Made by a program: the position numbers and the translations under genes. A stretch of DNA of 64,000 nt from Limnohabitans sp. GTDB taxonomy: Bacteria > Pseudomonadota > Gammaproteobacteria > Burkholderiales > Burkholderiaceae_C. Below are positions 41,759-51,634 of this stretch, piece after piece. The stretch lies in assembly GCF_044373035.1 (NCBI RefSeq), contig NZ_JBILQU010000004.1, forward strand, positions 2,826 to 66,825, in the 5' to 3' direction. The notes under the pieces were generated by a model. The model was not told the origin of the DNA. It did not search any database and saw nothing but the letters and a program-made list of their open reading frames with translations. Position 1 is the first letter of the stretch. Every line of letters starts with the position of its first letter.

Positions 41759-42370
41759 ATGAAATCTCAAATTCAGGAATTTCTGGACCGCATCCAGCAG
41801 CTGGAAGCGGCCATTGAGCAAGAGGCCAAAAGCCACCGACAACAGTGGCGGGCCGACTTCGAAGAGCACAAGGTGCGCTTTGAAAAAGAGGTGCTGGCCC
41901 AGCAAAAGCGCTTCAAGGAGGGCTTGCTCGGTTATGTGCTCACGGCCGATTGGCGCCATGTGCTGTGCGTGCCCTTCATTTACCCGGTGCTGGTGCCCAT
42001 GCTGCTGCTCGATGCCTTCGTGACGCTCTACCAATGGGTGTGTTTCCCCTTGTGTGGCATTCCCCGAGTCAAGCGCGCGTCGTATTTTGCGTACGACCGA
42101 ACGCACCTGGCTTATTTGAATTGGCTGGAAAAAATCAACTGCGCTTATTGTTCGTATGGCAACGGCCTGATGGCTTATGGCCGCGAGGTGGTGGCCCTGA
42201 CCGAAAAATACTGGTGCCCCATTAAGCACGCCCGACGCAGGATGCAGGCGCATGCGCACTACCACGGCTTTGCCGATTACGGCGATGCTGAAAATTACCG
42301 CGCCGAATTGGCCCGTTTGCGTGAAGAGCTTCGGCAGATCAGGGCCAATGAGGCCGCTCCAACTGCCTGA
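41759..42370 (+). CDS. Hypothetical membrane protein (N-terminal coiled coil, two TM helices, Cys/His-rich C-terminal region)
   Basis: 203-aa ORF with clean codon structure. Hydrophobic stretch HVLCVPFIYPVLVPMLLLDAFVTLYQWVCFPLCGI, then NCAYCSYGNG and YWCPIKHA. I do not recognise a family. Confidence 0.6.
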   Translation: MKSQIQEFLDRIQQLEAAIEQEAKSHRQQWRADFEEHKVRFEKEVLAQQKRFKEGLLGYVLTADWRHVLCVPFIYPVLVPMLLLDAFVTLYQWVCFPLCGIPRVKRASYFAYDRTHLAYLNWLEKINCAYCSYGNGLMAYGREVVALTEKYWCPIKHARRRMQAHAHYHGFADYGDAENYRAELARLREELRQIRANEAAPTA

Positions 42371-42440
42371 GCCCAAGGTCCATTGGGTGGTGTCCCGTCA
42401 CCGACAGCCTGAAGACGCGCAGGTGAATAAAGTCAAGCCT

Positions 42441-42896
42441 ATGAAAACATTTGCAAACTTGGCCGAGTTGGCCGCTTGTGTCGGTCAGGATGTGGCCGCG
42501 ACCGAATGGGTGACCATCACCCAACAACAGGTCAACCAGTTCGCCGAGGCCACGGGTGATCACCAGTGGATTCACGTCGACGTCGAGCGGGCCAAACAAG
42601 GTCCCTTTGGTGCACCGATTGCGCATGGTTTTTTGACCTTGTCCTTGCTGTCGCAGTTCTTTGACAAAACCATCGTGGTCACATCGGCCCGCATGGGCGT
42701 CAATTACGGCCTGAACAAGGTGCGTTTCATGGCGCCGGTGCCGGTGGGCAGCCGTTTACGTGCGCATCTGCATTTGCATTCGGCCACGCCTATGGAGGTG
42801 AACGGCTTGCAGCTTCAGTGGAACGTGACGGTCGAGCGCGAGGGCAGTGACAAACCGGTGTGTGCCGCCGAATCGCTGGTGCGCATTTACGCTTGA
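42441..42896 (+). CDS. MaoC-like (R)-hydratase/dehydratase, hot-dog fold
   Basis: ORF 42252..42896 trimmed to ATG 42441. ...FAEATGDHQWIHVDVERA...APIAHGFLTLS... is the MaoC hydratase motif. Confidence 0.85.
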   Translation: MKTFANLAELAACVGQDVAATEWVTITQQQVNQFAEATGDHQWIHVDVERAKQGPFGAPIAHGFLTLSLLSQFFDKTIVVTSARMGVNYGLNKVRFMAPVPVGSRLRAHLHLHSATPMEVNGLQLQWNVTVEREGSDKPVCAAESLVRIYA

Positions 42897-43384
42897 GGCG
42901 GCAGGTCTGGCGCTGGACTGGCCCCGGCAAAGCCGTTTTGTCGCCAGGCCTCAAACACGGTGACGGCCACCGCGTTCGACAGGTTCAAGCTGCGTTGGCC
43001 CTCACGCATGGGCAGCTTGATGCGCTGGGCTGGGGCGAACTGTTCGCGCAACTCGGGCGACATGCCCCGCGTTTCTGAGCCAAACACCAACCAATCGCCT
43101 GGCGCAAAAACCACGCCGTGGGCGGCTCGGCTGCCGCGCGTGGTCAGGGCAAACATGCGCTCGGGGTCGGGTTGTTCCTGGGCCAAAAATGCCTGCCAGT
43201 CGGCGTGGCGCCGCAGGTCGGCGTACTCGTGGTAGTCCAGACCTGCCCGGCGCATGTGTTTGTCGTCCATTGAAAACCCCAAGGGCTCGATCAGGTGCAG
43301 CGTGCAGCCGGTGTTGGCCGCCAGGCGGATGACGTTGCCGGTGTTCGGCGGGATTTCAGGCTCAACCAGGACGATATGGAACAT
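42887..43384 (-). CDS. trmL: tRNA (cytidine/uridine-34 2'-O)-methyltransferase TrmL
   Basis: ORF trimmed to ATG 43384. MFHIVLVEPEIPPNTGNVIRLAANTGCTLHLIEPLGF...NLSNAVAVTVFEAWRQ is near-collinear with E. coli TrmL (YibK). Confidence 0.9.
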   Translation of the reverse strand: MFHIVLVEPEIPPNTGNVIRLAANTGCTLHLIEPLGFSMDDKHMRRAGLDYHEYADLRRHADWQAFLAQEQPDPERMFALTTRGSRAAHGVVFAPGDWLVFGSETRGMSPELREQFAPAQRIKLPMREGQRSLNLSNAVAVTVFEAWRQNGFAGASPAPDLPPQA

Positions 43385-43406
43385 GGCCCGTATTGTGCAT
43401 TGGCCT

Positions 43407-44153
43407 TCAGGCGTCGCTGCCCGCTTCGGTGCGTGCCAGCACCAAGGCGCTGACCTGCGCCGCCCCCGCCTCGCGCAACACCCGCGCCGCCGTGTGCAGG
43501 GAGGCACCACTGGTCATCACGTCATCGATCAGCACCACCTTTTTGCCGCGCAACTGCGCGGCCCGCAAAGGCTCTACCGCAAAAGCCCCAACCAAATTGG
43601 CCAGCCGTTCGGCCCGTGGCAACGTGCGCTGCGAGGGCGTGTCGCGGGTGCGCAGCAGCAAACGGGCGTCGGCTTTGTGTGGGCTGAGTTGGCGTGCCAG
43701 CAACCATGACTGGTTGTAGCCGCGCTCGGCCAGACGCTGGGCCGACAGCGGAATCGGCAGCACCCAGTCGGCCTCGTCCAGTACGTCTTCCGCCAAAGGG
43801 GTGCTCAGCATCAGGGTGGCCAAAGCCCCGGCCCAACCGGGTTGCTGGTCAAACTTGTAGCGGGCGATCAGGTCCACCCAGGGCCAGGCGTAGGCGGTGG
43901 CCGTCAAGCACAGGTCCAGCGGGGGCGGTGATTTCAGGCAAGCGCCGCAGCGCATGGCAGGGTAGGGCAAGGGCAGGGCGCAACTGGGGCAGCGTTGCTG
44001 GGGTTGAGCAAAGCGGCTGATGCAGGTCTCGCACAGCGGCGAATGGGGCCAGCTTTGGCAAATGGCGCAGCGGCTGGGCAGCCAGCGCCAAAACCCACCG
44101 GGGCGCGTTGCAGTCGATGTGTCAAGCAAGCCCTGAAGCCAAGCGGGTCTCAT
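43407..44153 (-). CDS. comF: ComF-family protein (phosphoribosyltransferase domain with N-terminal Cys-rich region)
   Basis: CAICQ...CETC...CPSC...CGAC zinc-ribbon-like N-terminus and the C-terminal PRTase motif VVLIDDVMTSGAS. Confidence 0.8.
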   Translation of the reverse strand: MRPAWLQGLLDTSTATRPGGFWRWLPSRCAICQSWPHSPLCETCISRFAQPQQRCPSCALPLPYPAMRCGACLKSPPPLDLCLTATAYAWPWVDLIARYKFDQQPGWAGALATLMLSTPLAEDVLDEADWVLPIPLSAQRLAERGYNQSWLLARQLSPHKADARLLLRTRDTPSQRTLPRAERLANLVGAFAVEPLRAAQLRGKKVVLIDDVMTSGASLHTAARVLREAGAAQVSALVLARTEAGSDA

Positions 44154-44197
44154 GCAGTCAATATACTCAACCCCGGCTGACAGAACAAGCACACAAG

Positions 44198-45160
44198 ATG
44201 TTGGAGCTTGAGTGGGTACAGCCCAATAAAGACCCCTGCCCCATGCCCCAAGCCCTTCACCCCCCTTCTTTGGACCCTGTGGCCGCTGCCCGCTGGCAGG
44301 GCCTGCCCGTGCAGGATGCGCAGTCGCCCTGGCTGCATGAAGAGGTGGCCACGCGCATGCAGGAGCGTCTGGACTTTATCAAACTGCAACCGGATCAGTG
44401 GGTGCATTGGGGGCCACTGCGCGGCGGCCTGGCGGCGCAACGCGCCCTGGAGCAGCGTTACCCCAAGGCGCAGGTGTGGCTGGCCGGGGAGCCTCCAACG
44501 CATGCACAGGCCAGCCGCCATGCACTTCAAACGCCGTGGTGGCAGGTGCAGCACTGGCGTGGACCCAAGCGGCATGAAGGTTTGCCTCCCGAGCACACGG
44601 TGCAAATGCTGTGGGCCAACATGCAACTGCATGCCAGTGCCGAGCCCCAGACTTTGCTGCAAACATGGCACCGGGCCTTGGCAGTCGATGGTTTTTTGAT
44701 GTTTTCTTGTCTGGGCCCCGATACGCTGCGTGATCTGCGCCAGGTGTATGCCCAGGCGGGCTGGTCCGAGCCCGCGCACGAGTTCACCGACATGCACGAC
44801 TGGGGCGACATGCTGGTGGAAGCCGGTTTTGCCGAGCCGGTCATGGACATGGAACGGATCACCTTGACCTATGCCAGCCCTGACACTTTGTTGGCCGAGT
44901 TGCGGGGGCTGGGGCGCAATTTGCATGTTCAGCGATTTCAGGGCTTGCGTTCGCGCCAATGGCGTGCACGTTTGTCAGAGGCCTTGCTGACGCTGGCACG
45001 CCCCGAAGAGGGCGGTCGTTTGTCCTTGGGCTTCGAGATTGTTTACGGTCACGCCCTGAAGCCTCAACCGCGCCTGAAAGTGGCCGCAAAAACCGAAATC
45101 GGCCTGGATCAGATGCGGCTTATGCTGCAGTCGGGTGGGGGTATAGAGGACAAAGTTTGA
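44198..45160 (+). CDS. Methyltransferase-like protein (BioC-like, the kind commonly annotated next to comF in betaproteobacteria)
   Basis: ORF 44108..45160 trimmed to ATG 44198 (start uncertain; ATG 44243 is possible). Assignment rests on ...WLHEEVATRMQERLDFIKLQP... and gene context. I could not see a canonical GxGxG SAM motif. Confidence 0.55.
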   Translation: MLELEWVQPNKDPCPMPQALHPPSLDPVAAARWQGLPVQDAQSPWLHEEVATRMQERLDFIKLQPDQWVHWGPLRGGLAAQRALEQRYPKAQVWLAGEPPTHAQASRHALQTPWWQVQHWRGPKRHEGLPPEHTVQMLWANMQLHASAEPQTLLQTWHRALAVDGFLMFSCLGPDTLRDLRQVYAQAGWSEPAHEFTDMHDWGDMLVEAGFAEPVMDMERITLTYASPDTLLAELRGLGRNLHVQRFQGLRSRQWRARLSEALLTLARPEEGGRLSLGFEIVYGHALKPQPRLKVAAKTEIGLDQMRLMLQSGGGIEDKV

Positions 45161-45255
45161 GATCTGTCAAAAGATGATTTGATCTCAGGTAAAATCCGCA
45201 GGTTTTTGACCACAGAACTGGCTTGACAGGGTGTAGGGATATTGAAAGTTGACGG

Positions 45256-45732
45256 ATGTCAAATCAGGCTTACCAATTCGCGCAAGTGTCAGGTCCTGCC
45301 GTTCAATGGCGGCTTAAACGCAATTGCTCGGTCACGCCGGCCCAGTTGGGCTGGATGTACCTGTCGTTGTGCACGCTGTCCTTGGGCATCGGGGTGTTCT
45401 TCTGGATGCAAGGGGCCACTTTGGTGTTGGCCTTTGCAGGCGTCGAGGTGGCGGTGGTGGGTTTGGCTTTTTTGGCCTATGCCCGACATGCCGCGGATGG
45501 AGAGATGATTTCCCTGCAAGGCAGCAACCTGGTGGTCGAGCTGGAAACGGCGGGCCGACTGGAACGGGCTGAATTTGAGCGCCAGTGGGTGCGGGTTGAG
45601 CCCAAGTCCGGAGACCAAAGCCTGATCGAGTTGTCGGGTCAGGGTCAATCCATTGAAGTGGGCCGATTTGTCAGGCCCGAGCTCCGGCAAGTGCTGGCGC
45701 GAGAAATCAGGAGGGCATTGCGCTCAGCGTGA
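45256..45732 (+). CDS. DUF2244-type integral membrane protein (cytochrome oxidase cluster-associated)
   Basis: 158 aa with two TM helices, then ...VVELETAGRLERAEFERQWVRVE.... It sits directly upstream of coxB, as is usual for this family. Confidence 0.7.
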   Translation: MSNQAYQFAQVSGPAVQWRLKRNCSVTPAQLGWMYLSLCTLSLGIGVFFWMQGATLVLAFAGVEVAVVGLAFLAYARHAADGEMISLQGSNLVVELETAGRLERAEFERQWVRVEPKSGDQSLIELSGQGQSIEVGRFVRPELRQVLAREIRRALRSA

Positions 45733-45807
45733 TGCCACTGGCCAAACGGGACGACCGACTTGGCCAAAGGTGTGAGTTCAACAGAGTCTTGGAAGTTAGT
45801 GAGAACC

Positions 45808-46980
45808 ATGAAGAATATTTCCAACCAATTGGTTTCATTGCTGTCACGCGCGGGCATCTTTGCAGGCGCGTGGGCAACCACAGCAGCTTATGCGGTCAAT
45901 GATTTGCCGGGTGGTCCTGCGGTCAATCAGCTTAATTTGCACCCTGCTGCCACCAAAATCGCCGAAGAGCAGCAATGGCTGCACTGGTTCATGCTGATCC
46001 TTTGCACGGTGATTTTCATTGCTGTGTTCGCGGTCATGTTCTATTCCATCTGGAAGCACCGCAAATCGGTCGGCCACAAGCCAGCCAAATTCACGGAATC
46101 CATCACGGTGGAAGTGATCTGGACGGCAGTGCCCTTCGTGATTGTGATTTTGATGGCTTTGCCCGCCACCAAAGTTCTGGTCGCGCAAAAAGACACCACC
46201 AATGCCGATCTGACCATCAAAGCCACCGGTTACCAGTGGAAGTGGGGCTACGACTACATCAAGGGTGAGGGCGAGGGCTTGAGCTACATCTCCACCTTGG
46301 ATTCCGGCCATCGCGCCATGTCCGATGCGGGCAAGCCCGAAGGCGACAACTATTTGCTCAAGGTGGACTACCCGTTGGTGGTTCCGGTGGGCCAAAAAGT
46401 GCGGGTGATCACCACGGCCAACGACGTGATCCACGCATTTGCGGTGCCTGCTTTCGGCATCAAACAAGATGCGATCCCGGGCTTCGTGCGCGACACCTGG
46501 TTCCGTGCCGAAAAGACCGGTGACTTTTATGGCCAGTGCCAAGAGTTGTGCGGCAAAGAACACGCTTACATGCCCATCCACGTGAAAGTGTTGTCTGCAC
46601 AGGACTATGCTGCATGGGTGGTGGAAGAAAAGAAAAAGCAAGCCGCCAAAGCCGATGATCCGGCCAAAGTCTGGGCCATGGACGATTTGTCCAAGCGTGG
46701 TGAAAAAGTTTATGCAGCCAACTGCGCGGCTTGCCACCAAGCCACCGGCAAAGCGGCGGGTGCCATCAAAGCCCTTGACGGTTCCGCACTCGTCCTCGAC
46801 GCGGACAAATCCAAGCAAATCGCTGTGTTGCTGAATGGCCAAAACAACGGTGCCATGCCTGCATGGAAGCAGTTGTCTGACACCGAAATTGCTGCAGTCA
46901 TCACCTACACCAAAAACAACTGGTCCAACAAGACCGGGCAAATTGTGCAGCCGGCTGAAGTGCTGGCCTCTCGCAAATAA
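45808..46980 (+). CDS. coxB: Cytochrome c oxidase subunit II with C-terminal cytochrome c domain
   Basis: CuA site HAFAVPAFG...[12 protein letters not shown], and a C-terminal CAACHQ haem-c motif. Start placed at ATG 45808 (the track begins at 45760). Confidence 0.9.
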   Translation: MKNISNQLVSLLSRAGIFAGAWATTAAYAVNDLPGGPAVNQLNLHPAATKIAEEQQWLHWFMLILCTVIFIAVFAVMFYSIWKHRKSVGHKPAKFTESITVEVIWTAVPFVIVILMALPATKVLVAQKDTTNADLTIKATGYQWKWGYDYIKGEGEGLSYISTLDSGHRAMSDAGKPEGDNYLLKVDYPLVVPVGQKVRVITTANDVIHAFAVPAFGIKQDAIPGFVRDTWFRAEKTGDFYGQCQELCGKEHAYMPIHVKVLSAQDYAAWVVEEKKKQAAKADDPAKVWAMDDLSKRGEKVYAANCAACHQATGKAAGAIKALDGSALVLDADKSKQIAVLLNGQNNGAMPAWKQLSDTEIAAVITYTKNNWSNKTGQIVQPAEVLASRK

Positions 46981-47012
46981 ACCGTACCGTATTCAAATCA
47001 AAGGAAATCAAG

Positions 47013-48629
47013 ATGAGTGCCGTTCTCGACCATCACGATCACGCCCATGACGACCACGGTCACGCGCCTGCGGGCTGGCGTCGTTGGGTGTATGCCACCA
47101 ACCACAAAGACATTGGTACCTTGTACCTGTTGTTCAGCTTTGCCATGCTGATGGTGGGTGGTGTGCTGGCCCTGGGCATCCGAGCCGAGTTGTTCCAGCC
47201 AGGCTTGCAAATCGTCAACCCCGAGTTGTTCAACCAGTTCACCACCATGCACGGCATCATCATGGTGTTTGGTGCGATCATGCCGGCCTTTGTGGGCTTT
47301 GCGAACTGGATGATCCCATTGCAAATTGGCGCTGCTGACATGGCATTTGCCCGCATGAACAACTTTAGCTTTTGGCTGATGATTCCTGCGTCCTTGATGC
47401 TGATGGGTTCTTTCTTCATGCCTGGCGGCGCACCCGCAGCTGGCTGGACGCTTTACGCCCCCTTGACCCTGCAAATGGGCCCCTCGATGGATGCAGCGAT
47501 TTTCGCGATGCACATCCTTGGCGCTTCGTCCATCATGGGCTCGATCAACATCATCGTGACCATCCTGAACATGCGCGCCCCTGGTATGACTTTGATGAAG
47601 ATGCCCATGTTCGCCTGGACATGGCTCATCACCGCATACCTGCTGATTGCCGTGATGCCTGTGTTGGCCGGCGCGATCACCATGACTTTGACTGACCGTC
47701 ACTTCGGTACCAGCTTTTTCAATCCTGCTGGTGGCGGCGACCCGGTCATGTACCAGCACATTTTCTGGTTCTTCGGTCACCCCGAGGTGTACATCATGAT
47801 CTTGCCGGCTTTCGGCATCATCAGCCACATCGTGCCTGCTTTCGCACGCAAGAAGCTTTTCGGTTACGCCTCCATGGTGTACGCCACATCGTCCATCGCC
47901 ATCCTGTCGTTCATCGTGTGGGCGCACCACATGTTCACCACCGGTATGCCCGTCACGGGACAGTTGTTCTTCATGTACGCGACGATGCTGATCGCCGTGC
48001 CGACCGCTGTGAAGATCTTCAACTGGATTGCCACCATGTGGCGCGGCTCCATGACGTTTGAAACCCCGATGCTGTTTGCGGTGGGCTTCATCTTCGTGTT
48101 CACCATGGGTGGTTTCACCGGATTGATTTTGGCCATGGCCCCGATCGACATCCAACTGCAAGACACTTACTACGTGGTGGCCCACTTCCATTACGTGCTG
48201 GTGGCGGGTTCCTTGTTTGCCTTGTTCGCCGGTGTTTACTACTGGATTCCCAAGTGGACCGGTGTGATGTATAACGAATCACGCGGCAAGATCCACTTTT
48301 GGTGGTCGCTGATTTCCTTCAACATCACCTTCTTCCCGATGCACTTCCTGGGTCTGGCGGGTATGCCCCGTCGCTACGCCGACTACCCCATGCAGTTCAC
48401 CGACTTCAACATGATCGCTTCTGTGGGTGCCTTCTTCTTCGGTTTCGCTCAGGTGTATTTCTTCTTGTTCGTGGTCTTGCCTTGTATGCTCGGCAAGGGC
48501 GAAAAAGCCCCGCAAAAGCCATGGGAAGGCGCTGAAGGCTTGGAGTGGGAAGTGCCTTCGCCAGCACCCTTCCATACCTTCGAAAATCCGCCCAAGCTGG
48601 ACGCTACAGCCACCCGCGTGATCGGTTGA
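47013..48629 (+). CDS. ctaD: Cytochrome c oxidase subunit I
   Basis: 538 aa. ...[14 protein letters not shown]... (here [14 protein letters not shown]) and HHMFTTGM are haem-copper oxidase signatures. Confidence 0.95.
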   Translation: MSAVLDHHDHAHDDHGHAPAGWRRWVYATNHKDIGTLYLLFSFAMLMVGGVLALGIRAELFQPGLQIVNPELFNQFTTMHGIIMVFGAIMPAFVGFANWMIPLQIGAADMAFARMNNFSFWLMIPASLMLMGSFFMPGGAPAAGWTLYAPLTLQMGPSMDAAIFAMHILGASSIMGSINIIVTILNMRAPGMTLMKMPMFAWTWLITAYLLIAVMPVLAGAITMTLTDRHFGTSFFNPAGGGDPVMYQHIFWFFGHPEVYIMILPAFGIISHIVPAFARKKLFGYASMVYATSSIAILSFIVWAHHMFTTGMPVTGQLFFMYATMLIAVPTAVKIFNWIATMWRGSMTFETPMLFAVGFIFVFTMGGFTGLILAMAPIDIQLQDTYYVVAHFHYVLVAGSLFALFAGVYYWIPKWTGVMYNESRGKIHFWWSLISFNITFFPMHFLGLAGMPRRYADYPMQFTDFNMIASVGAFFFGFAQVYFFLFVVLPCMLGKGEKAPQKPWEGAEGLEWEVPSPAPFHTFENPPKLDATATRVIG

Positions 48630-48751
48630 TGGACACGGCTATGACACCTGAAAAAAGAAAAAGCAACGTTTGCCTGGGCCTGATCTTGGCTTCGGTGGCC
48701 TGCGTTGTGTTGGCTGGTTTTGTGGCCAAGATATTGATCTTGTCTTCCTGA
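48629..48751 (+). CDS. Cytochrome oxidase small assembly protein (about 36-40 aa, single TM)
   Basis: [43 protein letters not shown] 48629 shares one base with the ctaD TGA; ATG 48641 is an alternative. Position and sequence fit the small protein found between coxA and ctaG in Burkholderiales. Confidence 0.6.
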   Translation: MDTAMTPEKRKSNVCLGLILASVACVVLAGFVAKILILSS

Positions 48752-48761
48752 GAGAACCAAG

Positions 48762-49391
48762 ATGAACCTGCGCGGTGAAAATTTGAAGATGGTGGGCAAA
48801 CTGGCGATCGTCACCGCTGGCATGTTTGGGTTCGGCTATGCGCTGGTGCCCATTTACAAGGCCATTTGCGAGATCACCGGCATCAATATCCTGTCGATTT
48901 CCGAGACGCAGGTCCCGGGCAACGCCAAGGCGGGCAAAGCAGCCGAAGTGTTGCGCAACAGCCAAGTGGACACCAGCCGGACCATCACGGTGGAGTTTGA
49001 TGCGAATGTGCGCGGACCTTGGGATTTCAAGCCGGAAAAACGCTCCATGCAGGTTCATCCTGGTGAGCTGAGCACCGTGATGTACGAGTTTCAGAATGTG
49101 CAAAATCGCCGCATGGCGGCTCAAGCCATTCCCAGCTATGCACCACGCAATGCTGCCAGCCATTTCAACAAACTCGAGTGTTTTTGTTTCAACCAGTACT
49201 CACTGGAGCCGGGTGAAAAGAAGTCCTGGCCCGTGGCCTTCGTGATCGACCCCAAGTTGTCCAAAGACGTGACCACCATCACGCTGTCCTACACCTTCTT
49301 TGAGGTGGGTGGCAAGACACCGGCGGCACCGACTGCGCCATTGGCCGCTGCCGTACAGCCCGTGGCGGTCAAGACAGGTTGGGGCTCATGA
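48762..49391 (+). CDS. ctaG: Cytochrome c oxidase assembly protein CtaG/Cox11
   Basis: ...FGFGYALVPIYKAICEITG... and ...KLECFCFNQYSLEPGE... are Cox11 motifs. Confidence 0.9.
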   Translation: MNLRGENLKMVGKLAIVTAGMFGFGYALVPIYKAICEITGINILSISETQVPGNAKAGKAAEVLRNSQVDTSRTITVEFDANVRGPWDFKPEKRSMQVHPGELSTVMYEFQNVQNRRMAAQAIPSYAPRNAASHFNKLECFCFNQYSLEPGEKKSWPVAFVIDPKLSKDVTTITLSYTFFEVGGKTPAAPTAPLAAAVQPVAVKTGWGS

Positions 49392-49603
49392 CCTCGCCTG
49401 TCCGTCAAACTTCTTGGCTGCGCACCATTCAAGTGGTGTTGTGGTCCTTTGTCGGGCTTCGCAAGAATTCCGAATCGCAGCAAGACATTGAAAAGCTCAA
49501 CCCCTTCCACATCATCGGTGTGGCCATCGGGATGGCATTGTTGTTTGTTCTGGGGCTGATCGCCCTGGTCAATTGGGTGGTGGCACAGCCGACTGGCCTT
49601 TAA
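49388..49603 (+). CDS. DUF2970-type small membrane protein
   Basis: ORF 49379..49603 with ATG 49388 forming an ATGA overlap with the ctaG stop. ...VVLWSFVGLRKNS... plus a C-terminal TM helix. Confidence 0.6.
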   Translation: MTSPVRQTSWLRTIQVVLWSFVGLRKNSESQQDIEKLNPFHIIGVAIGMALLFVLGLIALVNWVVAQPTGL

Positions 49604-49645
49604 CCCGCACCGTTTGATTTCGAATAAGAGAGAGCAGGAGTCCCC

Positions 49646-50527
49646 ATGAGTTCAGCAGCACACGGCACCACGCCTTATTACTACGTCCCGCACCCATCGC
49701 GTCATCCGGTGATGGCCGCCATCGGCCTATTTTTCCTGATTCTGGGTGCTGGTCAGTGGGTCAACGGTGCCGACTGGGGCATGTATTGCCTGTTCTTCGG
49801 CATGGCTTGGTGGTTGATCGTTTTGTACCAGTGGTTCTCTGAGGCCGTGCAAGAGAGCGAAACCGGCATGTACGGTCGCAAAATCGACTTGTCTTACCGT
49901 TGGAGCATGACCTGGTTCATTTTCTCCGAGGTCATGTTTTTCGGTGCCTTCTTCACAGCGCTGTGGTGGGCCCGGTCACATTCGATTCCTGAGCTCGGCA
50001 GCTTGGAAAACGCACTGCTTTGGCCTGACTTCAAAGCGGCATGGCCCAGCGTGGTGGCAGGTGCAACCACATCGCCAGCCGGCTTTGTTGAGCCCTTCCA
50101 AACCATGGGTCCTTTCTGGTTGCCCACCATCAACACCGCTTTGCTGTTGACATCGGGCGTGACCTTGACCATCGCTCACCATGCCCTGCAGGTGGGTGAC
50201 CGCAGCAAGACCATCAAATTCATGTGGATGACTGTGTTGCTGGGCGTCACGTTCCTCTTGGTGCAGGGTTATGAATATGCCCACGCTTGGGGTGATCTGA
50301 ACCTCAAATTGTCATCCGGCATTTATGGTTCCACTTTTTACATGCTGACGGGTTTTCACGGCTTTCACGTGTTCGTGGGCATGTTGATGCTCTTGTTCAT
50401 TACCCTGCGTTTGCAAAAAGGCCACTTCACCAAAGACCGTCACTTCGGCTTTGAGGGTGCGGCTTGGTACTGGCACTTTGTGGACGTGGTGTGGCTGGGT
50501 TTGTACATCCTCGTGTATTGGATGTGA
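49646..50527 (+). CDS. ctaE: Cytochrome c oxidase subunit III
   Basis: 293 aa with 7 TM helices. ...GFHGFHVFVG... and ...AAWYWHFVDVVWL... signatures. Confidence 0.95.
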   Translation: MSSAAHGTTPYYYVPHPSRHPVMAAIGLFFLILGAGQWVNGADWGMYCLFFGMAWWLIVLYQWFSEAVQESETGMYGRKIDLSYRWSMTWFIFSEVMFFGAFFTALWWARSHSIPELGSLENALLWPDFKAAWPSVVAGATTSPAGFVEPFQTMGPFWLPTINTALLLTSGVTLTIAHHALQVGDRSKTIKFMWMTVLLGVTFLLVQGYEYAHAWGDLNLKLSSGIYGSTFYMLTGFHGFHVFVGMLMLLFITLRLQKGHFTKDRHFGFEGAAWYWHFVDVVWLGLYILVYWM

Positions 50528-50541
50528 GCCTGCCCTTGGCC

Positions 50542-50578
50542 CCAACAAAAAAAGCGCCCTTGGGCGCTTTTTTGTTGG
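50542..50578. terminator. Bidirectional rho-independent terminator
   Basis: CCAACAAAAAAAGCGCCC-TTG-GGCGCTTTTTTGTTGG, lying between convergent ctaE (+) and the small minus-strand gene. Confidence 0.85.
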
Positions 50579-50642
50579 TGATGGATGGCGCGAAAATGCC
50601 AGATCAAATCGACATTGCGTTGGCCAAAAAATCGCAAATCGA

Positions 50643-50876
50643 TCAAGCCCCTGGGGGGATGCCAGTAGGCTGGATCCAGCCCAATTTCCAGGCCGCCAGA
50701 ACGCAGATGAAGAGGACAATGGAAAAGCCGACACGGAAGGCCAGCGCGGTGGCCATGTTGCCTTTTTTGGGTGCTTGGCCCTCAACGGGTGGGGCATTGC
50801 CCCGCATCATGTACATCAGGGCCGAGCCCAGACTGACCAAAATGGCAAGAAACGCGATGGCGACAAGAATTTTCAT
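50643..50876 (-). CDS. Twin transmembrane helix small protein (HIG1-like)
   Basis: 77 aa, MKILVAIAFLAILVSLGSALMYMMRG...ALAFRVGFSIVLFICVLAAW. It occupies the conserved position between ctaE and surf1. Confidence 0.7.
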   Translation of the reverse strand: MKILVAIAFLAILVSLGSALMYMMRGNAPPVEGQAPKKGNMATALAFRVGFSIVLFICVLAAWKLGWIQPTGIPPGA

Positions 50877-50890
50877 GGGTGCATTATCCG

Positions 50891-51634
50891 ATGACTGACA
50901 AATCCCTTCACTGGAAAAGATGGCTGGTGCTGGCAGTGGCTGCCGCAGGCGTGGCCATCACCTTTTACCTGGGGCTGTGGCAGCTTGGCCGCGCCGAGGA
51001 GAAAACCGCCTTGCAAGACGCGCGAACACAACAGGCGAGCAAAGAGGCGCTGGACGGCCGCACCCTGAGTGGTGGGCCTGAAGGTGTGGCGCAGCGCAGC
51101 GAGTTGATTCACCGCCGCTTGGTGGTGACGGGACGTTGGCTGCCCAAACACACGGTGCATCTGGACAACCGGCAGATGAATGCCAAACCTGGATTTTTTG
51201 TGCTGACCCCGTTGCAGATCGAAGGCTCGGGCGAGGTCTTGGTGGTGCAGCGTGGCTGGGCGCAGCGCTCTTTCACCGACCGTAACGCATTGCCGCCTGT
51301 GCAGACGTCTGAAGATCGGGTGCAAATAGAAGGCCATTTGGCCCCATGGCCTTCAAGGCTCTATGACTTCGGCGGGGCCGAGACGGGGCCAATACGGCAA
51401 AATCTTGACCTGACAGCTTACCGCCAAGAGTCTGGCCTGAAGGTGCTCGAAGTCACTTTGCTGCAATCGGGTGGGCCCTCGGAAGGCCTGCTGCGCGAAT
51501 GGCCCGTGGTGGCCAGTGGTGTCGCAAAGCACCACGGATACGCTTTTCAATGGTTTGGCCTGAGTGGCCTGATCTCTTTACTTTATGTCTGGTTCCAAAT
51601 TGTCCAACCCCGCCGCCAAAAACGACCTGTCTGA
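50891..51634 (+). CDS. SURF1-family cytochrome oxidase biogenesis protein
   Basis: ORF 50879 (GTG)..51634; ATG at 50891. ...FYLGLWQLGRAEEK... and ...HHGYAFQWFGLS... are SURF1 motifs. Confidence 0.85.
   Translation: MTDKSLHWKRWLVLAVAAAGVAITFYLGLWQLGRAEEKTALQDARTQQASKEALDGRTLSGGPEGVAQRSELIHRRLVVTGRWLPKHTVHLDNRQMNAKPGFFVLTPLQIEGSGEVLVVQRGWAQRSFTDRNALPPVQTSEDRVQIEGHLAPWPSRLYDFGGAETGPIRQNLDLTAYRQESGLKVLEVTLLQSGGPSEGLLREWPVVASGVAKHHGYAFQWFGLSGLISLLYVWFQIVQPRRQKRPV

Noticed and set aside
42887-42896. 10-nt tail-to-tail overlap of maoC and trmL. Also the stop-to-stop contacts at 21190-21193, and the close convergent stops at 62370/62374 (3-nt gap)
   Set aside because: These are common compaction features of convergent genes. 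There is no additional structure or motif to suggest regulation.
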